Below are positions 17,330 through 25,292 of a stretch of 53,310 nucleotides of DNA, piece after piece (position 1 is the stretch's first letter; each line of letters starts with the position of its first letter). Under the pieces are notes generated by a model. It did not search any database, was not told the DNA's origin, and saw only the letters and a program-made list of their open reading frames with translations. A program made the position numbers and the translations under genes. This stretch comes from Bryobacterales bacterium (lineage in GTDB: Bacteria > Acidobacteriota > Terriglobia > Bryobacterales > Bryobacteraceae), in assembly GCA_025462965.1 (NCBI GenBank), contig JAOAPQ010000434.1, positions 1 through 53,310 of the forward strand. The letters run 5' to 3'.

Positions 17330-18178
17330 TTACCCGGCGGCGAACGTGCGGGGTGGAATCCGGCTGTCGCGGACAATTCGGATCTCTGCGCGCTCGTAGA
17401 CGCACCTCACTTCAGTTACGACCAGTGAGATCAGCCGGGCGATATAACTGGTTTGGTCGTGGAGCCCAGAGAACCACGGATCGTTCATCTCGAGCAAGCC
17501 AATCGAAATCCACTCTCCCCGCGCGGCCAACAGCGCGGTCACCTTACAGCGAAGAATCGAGGGCCATGGGTCTGAATCAATCACGTCTTTAAGCAAGCGC
17601 CTATTCTGTTTCCTCACCTGCTCCAGACTCACATTGAATTCGCTCGCGATCTTTCCCAGACTCGATTGCGCCAGTTCAGGGAGCAGCCGGTTCCGGAGGA
17701 TTGCCCTTGGCAAGGGCTCGAGCCTGGACAGGGTGTCATTCACGCATGTTACTAGAGGCGTGAAGTGATAGGTCTGCCGATCCTGGCTGGCAGGGTCTTC
17801 GAGCGGGGTATCAGGACTGTCGCCTTCGATAACCTTACGCACCGCAAGCGCCAGTTCGCGTCCGCTTCCGACGCCGAACCCGTACCATGACCGAAGTTCC
17901 CGTAGAGTGTGGGCCCGCAGGTCATTGACTTTGTAGATGCCGTGACGTGCGAGCACATCTCGGCTTCTGGCTGCAATTGGAAGCGCCGTGATCCGGAGGT
18001 TCAGAGCAGACCGCGGAGCGATTCCGGCTATCTGAACCGGGTCGGTCGGATCGATCAGGGAGAGCAATGCTCGGTACCACTGGTCATCCGCGAGGTAGGG
18101 CGGCTTGCCTATATTGGCCTCAATGCGTGTTCGACGGGCGGTTGTGGGCGCTAGGTGGGCTCGCACTTGGGGCGTCAC
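17330..18178 (-). CDS. Hypothetical DNA-binding protein with an RpoA-CTD-like helix-hairpin-helix and a sigma-70 region-4-like HTH
   Basis: The start is GTG and is uncertain. LPIAARSRDVLARHGIYKVNDLRAHTLRELRSWYGFGVGSGRELALAV resembles the RNAP alpha CTD HhH pattern. SLGKIASEFNVSLEQVRKQNRRLLKDV resembles a sigma region-4 HTH. Coding status is supported by length and by 176-bp gaps on both sides. Confidence 0.5.
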   Translation of the reverse strand: MTPQVRAHLAPTTARRTRIEANIGKPPYLADDQWYRALLSLIDPTDPVQIAGIAPRSALNLRITALPIAARSRDVLARHGIYKVNDLRAHTLRELRSWYGFGVGSGRELALAVRKVIEGDSPDTPLEDPASQDRQTYHFTPLVTCVNDTLSRLEPLPRAILRNRLLPELAQSSLGKIASEFNVSLEQVRKQNRRLLKDVIDSDPWPSILRCKVTALLAARGEWISIGLLEMNDPWFSGLHDQTSYIARLISLVVTEVRCVYERAEIRIVRDSRIPPRTFAAG

Positions 18179-18354
18179 TATTTAGCTAGGTCGACCTCAG
18201 CGGAACCCAGGCCCGCCGGTCTTTGCGACTATGAATTGTATGCCAAAGTTATGATCCCTGGGACGCCGCAGTTCTGCCCGGACATGGTGGAGCGGTTAGC
18301 TACTGAATCCACTTCGTTGGCCCAAGTGTCGATGCTCCGCGCAGCCCAGAAACA

Positions 18355-19542
18355 TCAGCAGAGAACGCCCGCGAGCGGCCGACCGACGCGTAGGGAGGCG
18401 TATATAGAATTCGTCATCCTGTAGTTCGCGGCGGCCGTATACTTGGCCTCGTATTCCAAACGGGCAGCCACGCGCATCCTCGACCTGCAATCCGGGTCAC
18501 TCCATAAATAGCAGACCCGCTGGGAGAGGTCGTCCGCATTTCCGGGACGGAAGTGAAGGCCCGTAGAACCGTGGTTAATCATGGACGCTAAACCACCGAG
18601 GTTCGATGCAATGACGGGAGTTCCCCTGGCAAACGCTTCGAGAACGGCCATTGGGGCGCCTTCGTACCATTCGGAGGGAATAACCACGAAGACAGCGCGT
18701 CCCAGCAACGCACATGCCTCGGAGGAGGAAACTTGACCCAAGTACTCCACACCGGGAATCTGAGTTGCGGCACTGGCCACGTCCGGCGCCAACGGTCCGG
18801 TCCCTGCAATCTTTAGAGGTATCCTCCCAGACAGCGATGTCCATGCCCGCAAAAGGGTGCCGATCCCTTTTTCTGGAGTCAGCCTGCCTATGAACAGGGC
18901 GTATCCACCGTTACCGCTGCCGGCTCCCGGGTCTTCCGACAGGAAGTTGGGCTTAACTACAATCTTCCTGGCCGGCAGCCCACCCTGAATAAATTTGTCG
19001 CGCGCAAATGGCGTCAGTGCGATATACTGGCTGACGATTTCAGTCCAGGTGCCTGCCGCGCGATGAATTGCCAGCATGGCGCCTACAGTCCCCGTAACTA
19101 ATCTGCTGTCGCGGTAACAGGCGTGAAGCAGCCCGTCCCATGGGAAACTGCGTCCGAGACATTCCTCGCAGGTTCCGCCGTCCCGGAACATGGTCGCACT
19201 TGGGCACATGAGCCGAAAATTGTGGAGAGTCTGTACGATAGGAGTCCTCTCGTGTGAGCCAGCATAGTACGCAGAAGGAGACATGAGAGGGAATGTGTTA
19301 TGGAAGTGACACACATCCACTTTCTCTTCCCGGATCAGTTTACGGAGGGCGCGGTACACGCCCTGGTTCCAGATGGTGGATGCCCCTAGGCGAACGAGGC
19401 CCATAGTCTTCACGACGTCGTTTGTCAGACTGTATCGAATCACCCGATGGCCGTTCGCCTCCAGCATGCCGACTTCACTTCGATAGACTACGTCCTCCCC
19501 ACCTGGGTATTGATAGTAGTTATGTCCGAGCAGAATCGTCAC
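18355..19542 (-). CDS. Glycosyltransferase family 4 (GT-B, RfaG-like)
   Basis: The typical GT4 C-terminal motif is EWYEGAPMAVLEAFARGTPVIASNLGGLASMINHGSTGLHFRPGN. The N-terminus reads ILLGHNYYQYPGGED. Confidence 0.85.
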   Translation of the reverse strand: MTILLGHNYYQYPGGEDVVYRSEVGMLEANGHRVIRYSLTNDVVKTMGLVRLGASTIWNQGVYRALRKLIREEKVDVCHFHNTFPLMSPSAYYAGSHERTPIVQTLHNFRLMCPSATMFRDGGTCEECLGRSFPWDGLLHACYRDSRLVTGTVGAMLAIHRAAGTWTEIVSQYIALTPFARDKFIQGGLPARKIVVKPNFLSEDPGAGSGNGGYALFIGRLTPEKGIGTLLRAWTSLSGRIPLKIAGTGPLAPDVASAATQIPGVEYLGQVSSSEACALLGRAVFVVIPSEWYEGAPMAVLEAFARGTPVIASNLGGLASMINHGSTGLHFRPGNADDLSQRVCYLWSDPDCRSRMRVAARLEYEAKYTAAANYRMTNSIYASLRVGRPLAGVLC

Positions 19543-19563
19543 TGGTTAGCCGCTAGGCTGCCT

Positions 19564-20568
19564 TCAATAGGACGCTGCGGTCATTTGTCGGACAGGAATT
19601 CTCCCCTCCGCGCGCAATCGCCCGCAAATCCACTCATAGGTCCATGCCAGTCCTTCTTCGAGCGAGATGGAAGGTTGCCATCCGAGGGTCTTGCAGAGAA
19701 GAGTGTTGTCGCTGTTACGACCACGAACACCCTGCGGCTTCGTTACGTCGTGTCTCTTCCTGATCGTCTTCCCGGCGATCCCAGCTATCATGTCAACGAG
19801 CTCGTTAATGGAGAGCATACGGTCCTGACCCAAATTGATCGGCGCTGAATGGTCAGATCGCATCAGGCGGAAGATTCCCTCTACGCAGTCGTCGATGTAG
19901 CAGTAAGACCGTGTTTGACATCCGTCGCCCCACACTTCGATTTCATCGTCATCTTCTGCCAGGGCCACCTTTCGGCATATTGCCGCAGGCGACTTCTCAC
20001 GGCCCCCGTCGTATGTCCCGAGCGGGCCAAAGATGTTGTGGAATCGGACAACTCGCGTCTCGAGTCCAAAATCCTCGCTGTAGTGACGGCAGAGCCGCTC
20101 GGTGTAGAGCTTCTCCCAGCCGTATCCGTCTTCGGCGTCCGCCGGGTACGCGTCTTCCTCCTTCAGCGGCACCACATCCGTCTGCCCCTGACGATAGCCG
20201 GGATAGATACAGGCGCTGGACGTATAGAGCACTCGTTGAACATCATTGATGCGCGCCGCCTCCAGCGTGTGGATGTTGATCATCGTGTTGTTGCGCGAGA
20301 TCAGGGCCTTATTGCTCTCAATGAAGCCGATCCCCCCCATATCCGCCGCCAGGGTATAGACTTCGCTGACCCCTCGGGTCGCCTGCAGGCACGAGTCGTA
20401 TCGCCTGAGATCGAGGATTTCGAATTCGTGCGCCGGGGTGCATTCGTACTTTGGATGCTCTAGATCTACTCCCCTTACCCAATAACCCTGGTCGACCAGG
20501 TACCTGGTCAAGTGATGGCCGATAAAACCACCGGCCCCGGTGACAAGTACACGCTTCGGTTGTGTCAC
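19564..20568 (-). CDS. GDP-mannose 3,5-epimerase homolog (extended SDR)
   Basis: The Rossmann motif is VLVTGAGGFIGHHL. There are long colinear matches to plant GME as I recall it: AADMGGIGFIESN, NNTMIN, EAARIN, SSACIYP, RFHNIFGPLGTYDGGREKSPAAICRK, WGDGCQTRSYCYIDDCVEG and GVRGRNSDNTL. Confidence 0.8.
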   Translation of the reverse strand: MTQPKRVLVTGAGGFIGHHLTRYLVDQGYWVRGVDLEHPKYECTPAHEFEILDLRRYDSCLQATRGVSEVYTLAADMGGIGFIESNKALISRNNTMINIHTLEAARINDVQRVLYTSSACIYPGYRQGQTDVVPLKEEDAYPADAEDGYGWEKLYTERLCRHYSEDFGLETRVVRFHNIFGPLGTYDGGREKSPAAICRKVALAEDDDEIEVWGDGCQTRSYCYIDDCVEGIFRLMRSDHSAPINLGQDRMLSINELVDMIAGIAGKTIRKRHDVTKPQGVRGRNSDNTLLCKTLGWQPSISLEEGLAWTYEWICGRLRAEGRIPVRQMTAASY

Positions 20569-20586
20569 AACATACCTCCTGCTAGA

Positions 20587-21621
20587 TTAAAGAACAGTTA
20601 ACTGAGACGATTCGGAAACGCGAGGGTCAGGAGCAAGCCTTCCAGAACCAACGTCGGGACTGATCTCGAACAGGCTGCGCAGGTATTCCGGAACGGCAAG
20701 CCCGGACGAGAGTGCCTTTTGCTCCAGAACGGTTCTTTCAGACTTAGACAGCCACACATTGAGTGCTCCCAACTCGTCGGATTCTACATTTTGTTCGAAG
20801 GCCAGCATACGAAGCTTCTGTAGAGCCCACAAGGGGAGAAAGAGAGGAGTAACCAGCACGTACCGTTTCCACAGCCGTCTCGGCTCGCGCGTGAGGCGGA
20901 AAAACCACTCAAGCCCGGAACGCTGCATCCATGGAGGTGCTTGACTTACTTTTCCGGCGTGGAAGTCGAATGCGGCGCCCACGCCGACCATAACCGAACC
21001 GCGAAAATCGAATCGGTGTTCCCACATCCATACTTCCTGCTTAGGTGTACTGATCCCGACGAAGATCAGGTCAGGGTCCACCGCCGAGATGGCCTTCTTA
21101 ACCTGCAGATCCTCAGCGATTGTCAGAGGCCGGAACGGCGGCGCGTACCTCCCTACCAGTCTGAGCCCCGGACAGCGCTCCTTTAGTCTTCTCTCCAGGC
21201 TTGCGAGGGTCTCCTCAGTTCCCCCGTACAGGAAAACGCGATGCTGGCACAACGCGGCCTGTTCGCACAGTCTTATCATCAGGTTAGGACCGTAGACTCT
21301 CTGCTGATTAGGCAGCCCGAATGACCGGAGGGCCCACACCACGGGCATTCCGTCAGGGGTCGCGATGTCGGCCGCGTTGAGGATCGCCCTTACAAAGGGA
21401 TCGTGTCGCGCGGTCATAATCCCATGAACCGAGGTGACGCAAATGTATCGTGACGGAAGGTTGTGGTGATTACCGTTTGCCGAATGCCCGGTATGTCGAA
21501 TAGCAACCCAGTCCCTACAGATTGATAACACGTCCTCATATTTTGTGTTGCTGATGGATACACCAACGACGGTGTGTTTCCTGGGCAACACAGGAAATTG
21601 ATGGAGGTCCTCAGTAGTCAT
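20587..21621 (-). CDS. WecB/TagA/CpsF-family glycosyltransferase (GT26) with a ~90-aa C-terminal extension
   Basis: GT26 hallmarks are VSISNTKYEDVL, ATPDGMPVVWALR, RVYGPNLM, RVFLYGG, ISTPKQEVWM and GVGAAFDFHAGKV. The tail contains NVWLSKSERTVLEQKALSSGLAVPEYLRSLF. Confidence 0.85.
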   Translation of the reverse strand: MTTEDLHQFPVLPRKHTVVGVSISNTKYEDVLSICRDWVAIRHTGHSANGNHHNLPSRYICVTSVHGIMTARHDPFVRAILNAADIATPDGMPVVWALRSFGLPNQQRVYGPNLMIRLCEQAALCQHRVFLYGGTEETLASLERRLKERCPGLRLVGRYAPPFRPLTIAEDLQVKKAISAVDPDLIFVGISTPKQEVWMWEHRFDFRGSVMVGVGAAFDFHAGKVSQAPPWMQRSGLEWFFRLTREPRRLWKRYVLVTPLFLPLWALQKLRMLAFEQNVESDELGALNVWLSKSERTVLEQKALSSGLAVPEYLRSLFEISPDVGSGRLAPDPRVSESSQLTVL

Positions 21622-21634
21622 GTAACCCTCATAC

Positions 21635-23185
21635 TCAGTAAGCTCCCCGACCGCTAAGCACAGCGAAAGGCGTCGCCAGGAGAATCTTCAGGTCCAGCCA
21701 GAGGGACCAGTTCCGGATGTACTCCACATCCAGGGCGATCATTTCCTCGAAGGATAATTCGCTCCGCCCCCGAATCTGCCAAAGGCCGGTGATGCCGGGA
21801 GGAACCAGAGCCCTTTGGTGGGCCCAGAACTCGAATTCGTTGCTCATTCCGTCCGGATCGAGGTCTTCGGCGGGAAGCGGACGTGGACCGAGCAAGCTCA
21901 TCTCACCGCTTATCACGTTTAGCAGTTGGGGCAGTTCATCTATGCTGTAGCGGCGCAACAGGCGCCCGAGTGGTGTCACCCTGGGATCCTGCCTCAACTT
22001 GAACAGGTGACCCGTTTTCTCGTTCTTCAAATCGGCTCGTTGAGGCGCGGTTTCACCAACGCGCATTGTTCTGAACTTAAGGAAGACAAAGTATCGACCG
22101 CCCCTTCCCACACGCCTCGAGCGATAGAACACCGGTCCCTTCGAAGTGAGCTTGATAAGAACGGCCACGAGCACCAAGAGGGGAGAAAGAATGGTCAGCA
22201 GCGCCACGGATAGTGTCAGGTCGAGTGCTGTCTTGATGAGTTCCTGGGCCCGCGTAAATCGGACGGGCGTCATGTCGAGGGTCGGAATGCCGAAATCAGT
22301 GCTGACGCGCATAGCCGCAGACGACGCTGAAAGAGGGAACGCCAAAGTAAAGACAATTCCCATGCGTTGAGCGATCCTACTGCAACCCTCAATCGCCAAG
22401 TCATCAAGGGTGCCGTTTAACACCACAATTCGATCCAGGCGCTCGCGGTTTATCACCTCTCCGAGTTGGCCGATACCGCCTAGGACCGGGACCGGGGAGG
22501 GTGCGTCACCGGCAACGTCTCGCGATGCCAGAATGACGCCGACCAGCTTCACATGAGTGGGCTTCCTGCGGCCAAGTTGGCCCGCCATCGACCTCGCCTG
22601 GGATGCACCACCCAATATCGCTATTCGCTCGAACGGCGGGAGCCTCGATGCAAAAAGGGCCCACACGAGCTGCTCTAGTCCCCGCGCCATCAGCAGCACA
22701 AGGTAGGCAACTACGGCGAACACGATAACAAATGAGCGCGAAATTGACGCCCCTATTCCTTGCGAAAAAAATGCGACGGAAACCGCAATGGTAGTGAACA
22801 CAATGCTGGAGTCCACCAGTTGGAGATATTCCGGAATTCGCAGCGCAGTGGGCGAACGAGAGCCATAAACACTGAGCCAGAATGAGGTTAGGGTCCAAAG
22901 GAGGAGAATCCCGGGGAGGCTTGGGGCAGCCATATGTAGTTCCGGGCGAGTCATCCGATGAACGCTAACGAGAGGATTCAGAAGCAGACGCAGTTCAAAG
23001 GTTATGAACCACGCCGCGAGGAGCGCGAGCAGATCCAAACCGAGTTGGAAAACTTGCAAAACCCTCGATCTGCCGACGAACTGCCGATGGAAACCGTCAA
23101 CGATTCGGAACTGGCTCCAGCCCACAGGCTGGCGCAAAGATCCGGTGTAACCATCAGACATGAAGTGAGCTCCTCCTTGGAACAC
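21635..23185 (-). CDS. Polyprenyl-phosphate glycosylphosphotransferase (WbaP/EpsB-type priming sugar transferase)
   Basis: Several N-terminal TM segments are present, and the C-terminal Bac_transf motifs are PVFYRSRRVGRGGRYFVFLKFRTM and DELPQLLNVISGEMSLLGPRP. An alternative start is M9 at 23161. Confidence 0.9.
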   Translation of the reverse strand: MFQGGAHFMSDGYTGSLRQPVGWSQFRIVDGFHRQFVGRSRVLQVFQLGLDLLALLAAWFITFELRLLLNPLVSVHRMTRPELHMAAPSLPGILLLWTLTSFWLSVYGSRSPTALRIPEYLQLVDSSIVFTTIAVSVAFFSQGIGASISRSFVIVFAVVAYLVLLMARGLEQLVWALFASRLPPFERIAILGGASQARSMAGQLGRRKPTHVKLVGVILASRDVAGDAPSPVPVLGGIGQLGEVINRERLDRIVVLNGTLDDLAIEGCSRIAQRMGIVFTLAFPLSASSAAMRVSTDFGIPTLDMTPVRFTRAQELIKTALDLTLSVALLTILSPLLVLVAVLIKLTSKGPVFYRSRRVGRGGRYFVFLKFRTMRVGETAPQRADLKNEKTGHLFKLRQDPRVTPLGRLLRRYSIDELPQLLNVISGEMSLLGPRPLPAEDLDPDGMSNEFEFWAHQRALVPPGITGLWQIRGRSELSFEEMIALDVEYIRNWSLWLDLKILLATPFAVLSGRGAY

Positions 23186-23242
23186 AAGGCTGACGGCGGG
23201 CCGAGGCGGCGTCCGTCCTTGGCCGAAGATGTGGACAGAAAT

Positions 23243-23827
23243 CTACAGGGACGGATGATTTGCCGGCATGTGAGGCGGGCCGCTCATCGCCGATGGCTTG
23301 ATCCCCGAGCCGTGGTAAGGTGACTTTTCAAGGCTCTCGATCGCGTCCTCGTACATTTCCACCGCGACGGATCTCAACAGCAACTCGATCGAGACCACCA
23401 GTTTTCGCTGACTCCTGACATCGAGCAGAATTCCCTCCATGCCGGCGAACGGGCCTTCGATAATCCTGACCGACTGACCGGTTCGCAGGTATGGACAAGC
23501 GCCGACGGGCCGACCCGAACGAAGCACGGTCTTGAGAGAATCGACCTCCTCATCGGGGATAGGAACCGGCGTTTTTCCGACCCCGGCAATGCAGTTCATT
23601 CCGGGAATCGTAAGGATGGGCAGCCGGTGGCACACGTCAAAGCGGGCGAAGACATAGCCCGGAAACAGGGGCGTCCCCACGATCTTGTTGCGATCGCACC
23701 AATGCCGCACTTGGTTCTCAAGCGGAAGGTAAGCCTCGTAGCCCCTCTGCTCAAGTGACAAAAGAACCGCCCTCTCAAAGCGGGTACGGACCCGCAAAGC
23801 AAACCAAGCAACCTGTCCGGTGATCAT
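23243..23827 (-). CDS. Specialized NusG paralog (RfaH/UpxY-like transcription antiterminator)
   Basis: The NGN-like N-terminus is WFALRVRTRFERAV...LEQRGYEAYLPL...PLFPGYVFARFD. The KOW-like motif is GQSVRIIEGPFAGMEGILLD. GGAGGA lies 10 nt upstream of the ATG. It is the first gene of the minus-strand polysaccharide arm. Confidence 0.8.
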   Translation of the reverse strand: MITGQVAWFALRVRTRFERAVLLSLEQRGYEAYLPLENQVRHWCDRNKIVGTPLFPGYVFARFDVCHRLPILTIPGMNCIAGVGKTPVPIPDEEVDSLKTVLRSGRPVGACPYLRTGQSVRIIEGPFAGMEGILLDVRSQRKLVVSIELLLRSVAVEMYEDAIESLEKSPYHGSGIKPSAMSGPPHMPANHPSL

Positions 23828-24061
23828 AAATACAGTTCCTCCGTTCGTCCCTACTCAGGCTGGAAATGCTCAGAGACCACAGAAAGAAAATCGACCGTCA
23901 CGTGACTGTGACTGGCGATCCTGAACCCGAAGAGTGGTCACAGGCATGCTCCCGCCAATTCAGACCCGACGTCTTGGTGGATCTGTTCTTGTTGCCCTCG
24001 CACACGGGTATCCAGACCATTGACGGCTACGAGCCGCTCTTTTTTGGAACCTGTGATAGCG

Positions 24062-24089
24062 ATCATATACGGCTGGGGAAAGAGTGCAA
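24062..24089 (-). promoter_or_regulatory. Candidate sigma70-type promoter for the NusG-paralog operon (TTGCAC, 16 nt, TATGAT on the minus strand)
   Basis: The plus strand reads ATCATA at 24062-24067 and GTGCAA at 24084-24089, with a 16-nt spacer. This is a by-eye motif match only. It implies a ~230-nt leader. Confidence 0.25.
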
Positions 24090-24105
24090 CTAGGAGAACT
24101 CCTAG
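24090..24105. promoter_or_regulatory. Perfect 7-bp inverted repeat CTAGGAG-AA-CTCCTAG between the two divergent -35 candidates (possible operator)
   Basis: Read directly from the sequence. The arms at 24090-24096 and 24099-24105 are exact reverse complements. Confidence 0.3.
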
Positions 24106-24117
24106 GACCGCTTGGCC

Positions 24118-24145
24118 TTGACAATTTTTCAATCGGCTTGATACT
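24118..24145 (+). promoter_or_regulatory. Candidate sigma70-type promoter for the wza-wzc operon (TTGACA, 16 nt, GATACT)
   Basis: A perfect -35 TTGACA lies at 24118-24123. After a 16-nt spacer, GATACT lies at 24140-24145 (4/6 matches including A2 and T6). Confidence 0.35.
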
Positions 24146-24216
24146 TAGCAGGTATCGGTGAGTGTCCTTCCCGATCACGTCTTTTCCGCCGGGCGACTGC
24201 GTTTCGGGAGAGAGTT

Positions 24217-24228
24217 GGCGGTAGCGTG
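24217..24228 (+). promoter_or_regulatory. ops-type element GGCGGTAGCGTG in the wza-operon leader (putative NusG-paralog recruitment/pause site)
   Basis: This is an exact 12-mer on the coding-sense strand, 48 nt upstream of ATG 24276. It is identical to the enterobacterial ops/JUMPStart 3' end as I recall it. A NusG paralog is encoded divergently. Confidence 0.55.
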
Positions 24229-24275
24229 TTTAGGCCCAAACTTATGGGCTGGGGTCACGACCTTTTCTTGCAGAT

Positions 24276-25259
24276 ATGACTATAGGCAACATGCACGCCA
24301 CACACTTGTTGTTGCTTGTGCTTACTGGGTCATCGTTGCTCGCCCAACTTCCGGTGGCGTCCATCCCGTCTGCTGTAACAGATACAATCCGCGGAACATA
24401 TATTCTCGGGCCGGACGACCAGGTAACGATTCGGGCCTTGGAGGCCGAGGAAATCTCCGAAAAGCCGATGCACATCGACGCAGGAGGATTCATCAGTGTC
24501 CCCATGATTGGGCGCGTGTTTGCTGGAGGGCTTACCGCGGAGCAGCTTGAGGCAAGCATCGCCCGGAAACTGAGCCACTACCTGACACATCCTGAGGTTG
24601 CCGTCAGCATTACAGAATACCGTAGTCAACCGGTGTCGGTCATAGGAGAAGTGAACAATGCAGGCATCGTGCAGCTTCGGGGTTCTAAGAGTCTGATTGA
24701 GGTGCTGTCGCTCGCCGGCGGGCTCAAAGCTGACGCCGGTCACTGGATCGAAATTACGCGACACATAGAATGGGGTCGAATCCCACTCGCAAACGCCAGG
24801 GATGACGCAACCGCGAAGTTTAGCGTTGCCCGAGTGAGCTACCAGGCAATAGTCAATTCCTTAAGCCCCGTGGAGAACATCCTGATTTGCCCGAATGATG
24901 TCATCTCAGTTCCCCGCGGCAATCTGGTCTATGTGGCCGGCCAAGTGCGCAAGTCCGGCGGATTCCTGCTTCGCGAAAAAGAGAGTCTGTCTGTGCTTCA
25001 GGCGCTATCGCTCGCGGAGGGCCCGGCTCCCACAGCAGCACTTAGCAATGCGCGAATTCTGCGAGGCGGTACTGGCACACCAAGCCGGACCGAGATTCCG
25101 GTTGACGTGAAAAAAATATATGACGGCCGAAAACCGGACATTCCGATGCAAGCCGAGGATATCCTCTTCATTCCGAACAGTACCAGTAGGGCCATTGGAT
25201 TACGAACAATGGACGCAGTAATTCAAATTGGAACCGGCGTAGCGGTTTACCGGCGGTAG
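24276..25259 (+). CDS. Polysaccharide export protein (Wza/EpsE-like; Poly_export plus SLBB domains)
   Basis: The signal-like N-terminus is THLLLLVLTGSSLLAQ. The Poly_export motif is YILGPDDQVTIRALEAEEISEKPMHIDAGGFISVPMIGRVFAGGLTAEQLEASIARKL. The SLBB-like motif is GNLVYVAGQVRKSGGF. Confidence 0.88.
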   Translation: MTIGNMHATHLLLLVLTGSSLLAQLPVASIPSAVTDTIRGTYILGPDDQVTIRALEAEEISEKPMHIDAGGFISVPMIGRVFAGGLTAEQLEASIARKLSHYLTHPEVAVSITEYRSQPVSVIGEVNNAGIVQLRGSKSLIEVLSLAGGLKADAGHWIEITRHIEWGRIPLANARDDATAKFSVARVSYQAIVNSLSPVENILICPNDVISVPRGNLVYVAGQVRKSGGFLLREKESLSVLQALSLAEGPAPTAALSNARILRGGTGTPSRTEIPVDVKKIYDGRKPDIPMQAEDILFIPNSTSRAIGLRTMDAVIQIGTGVAVYRR

Positions 25260-25292
25260 CCTCCACCCTCCGATTGTGTTTGAGACGCGCTC

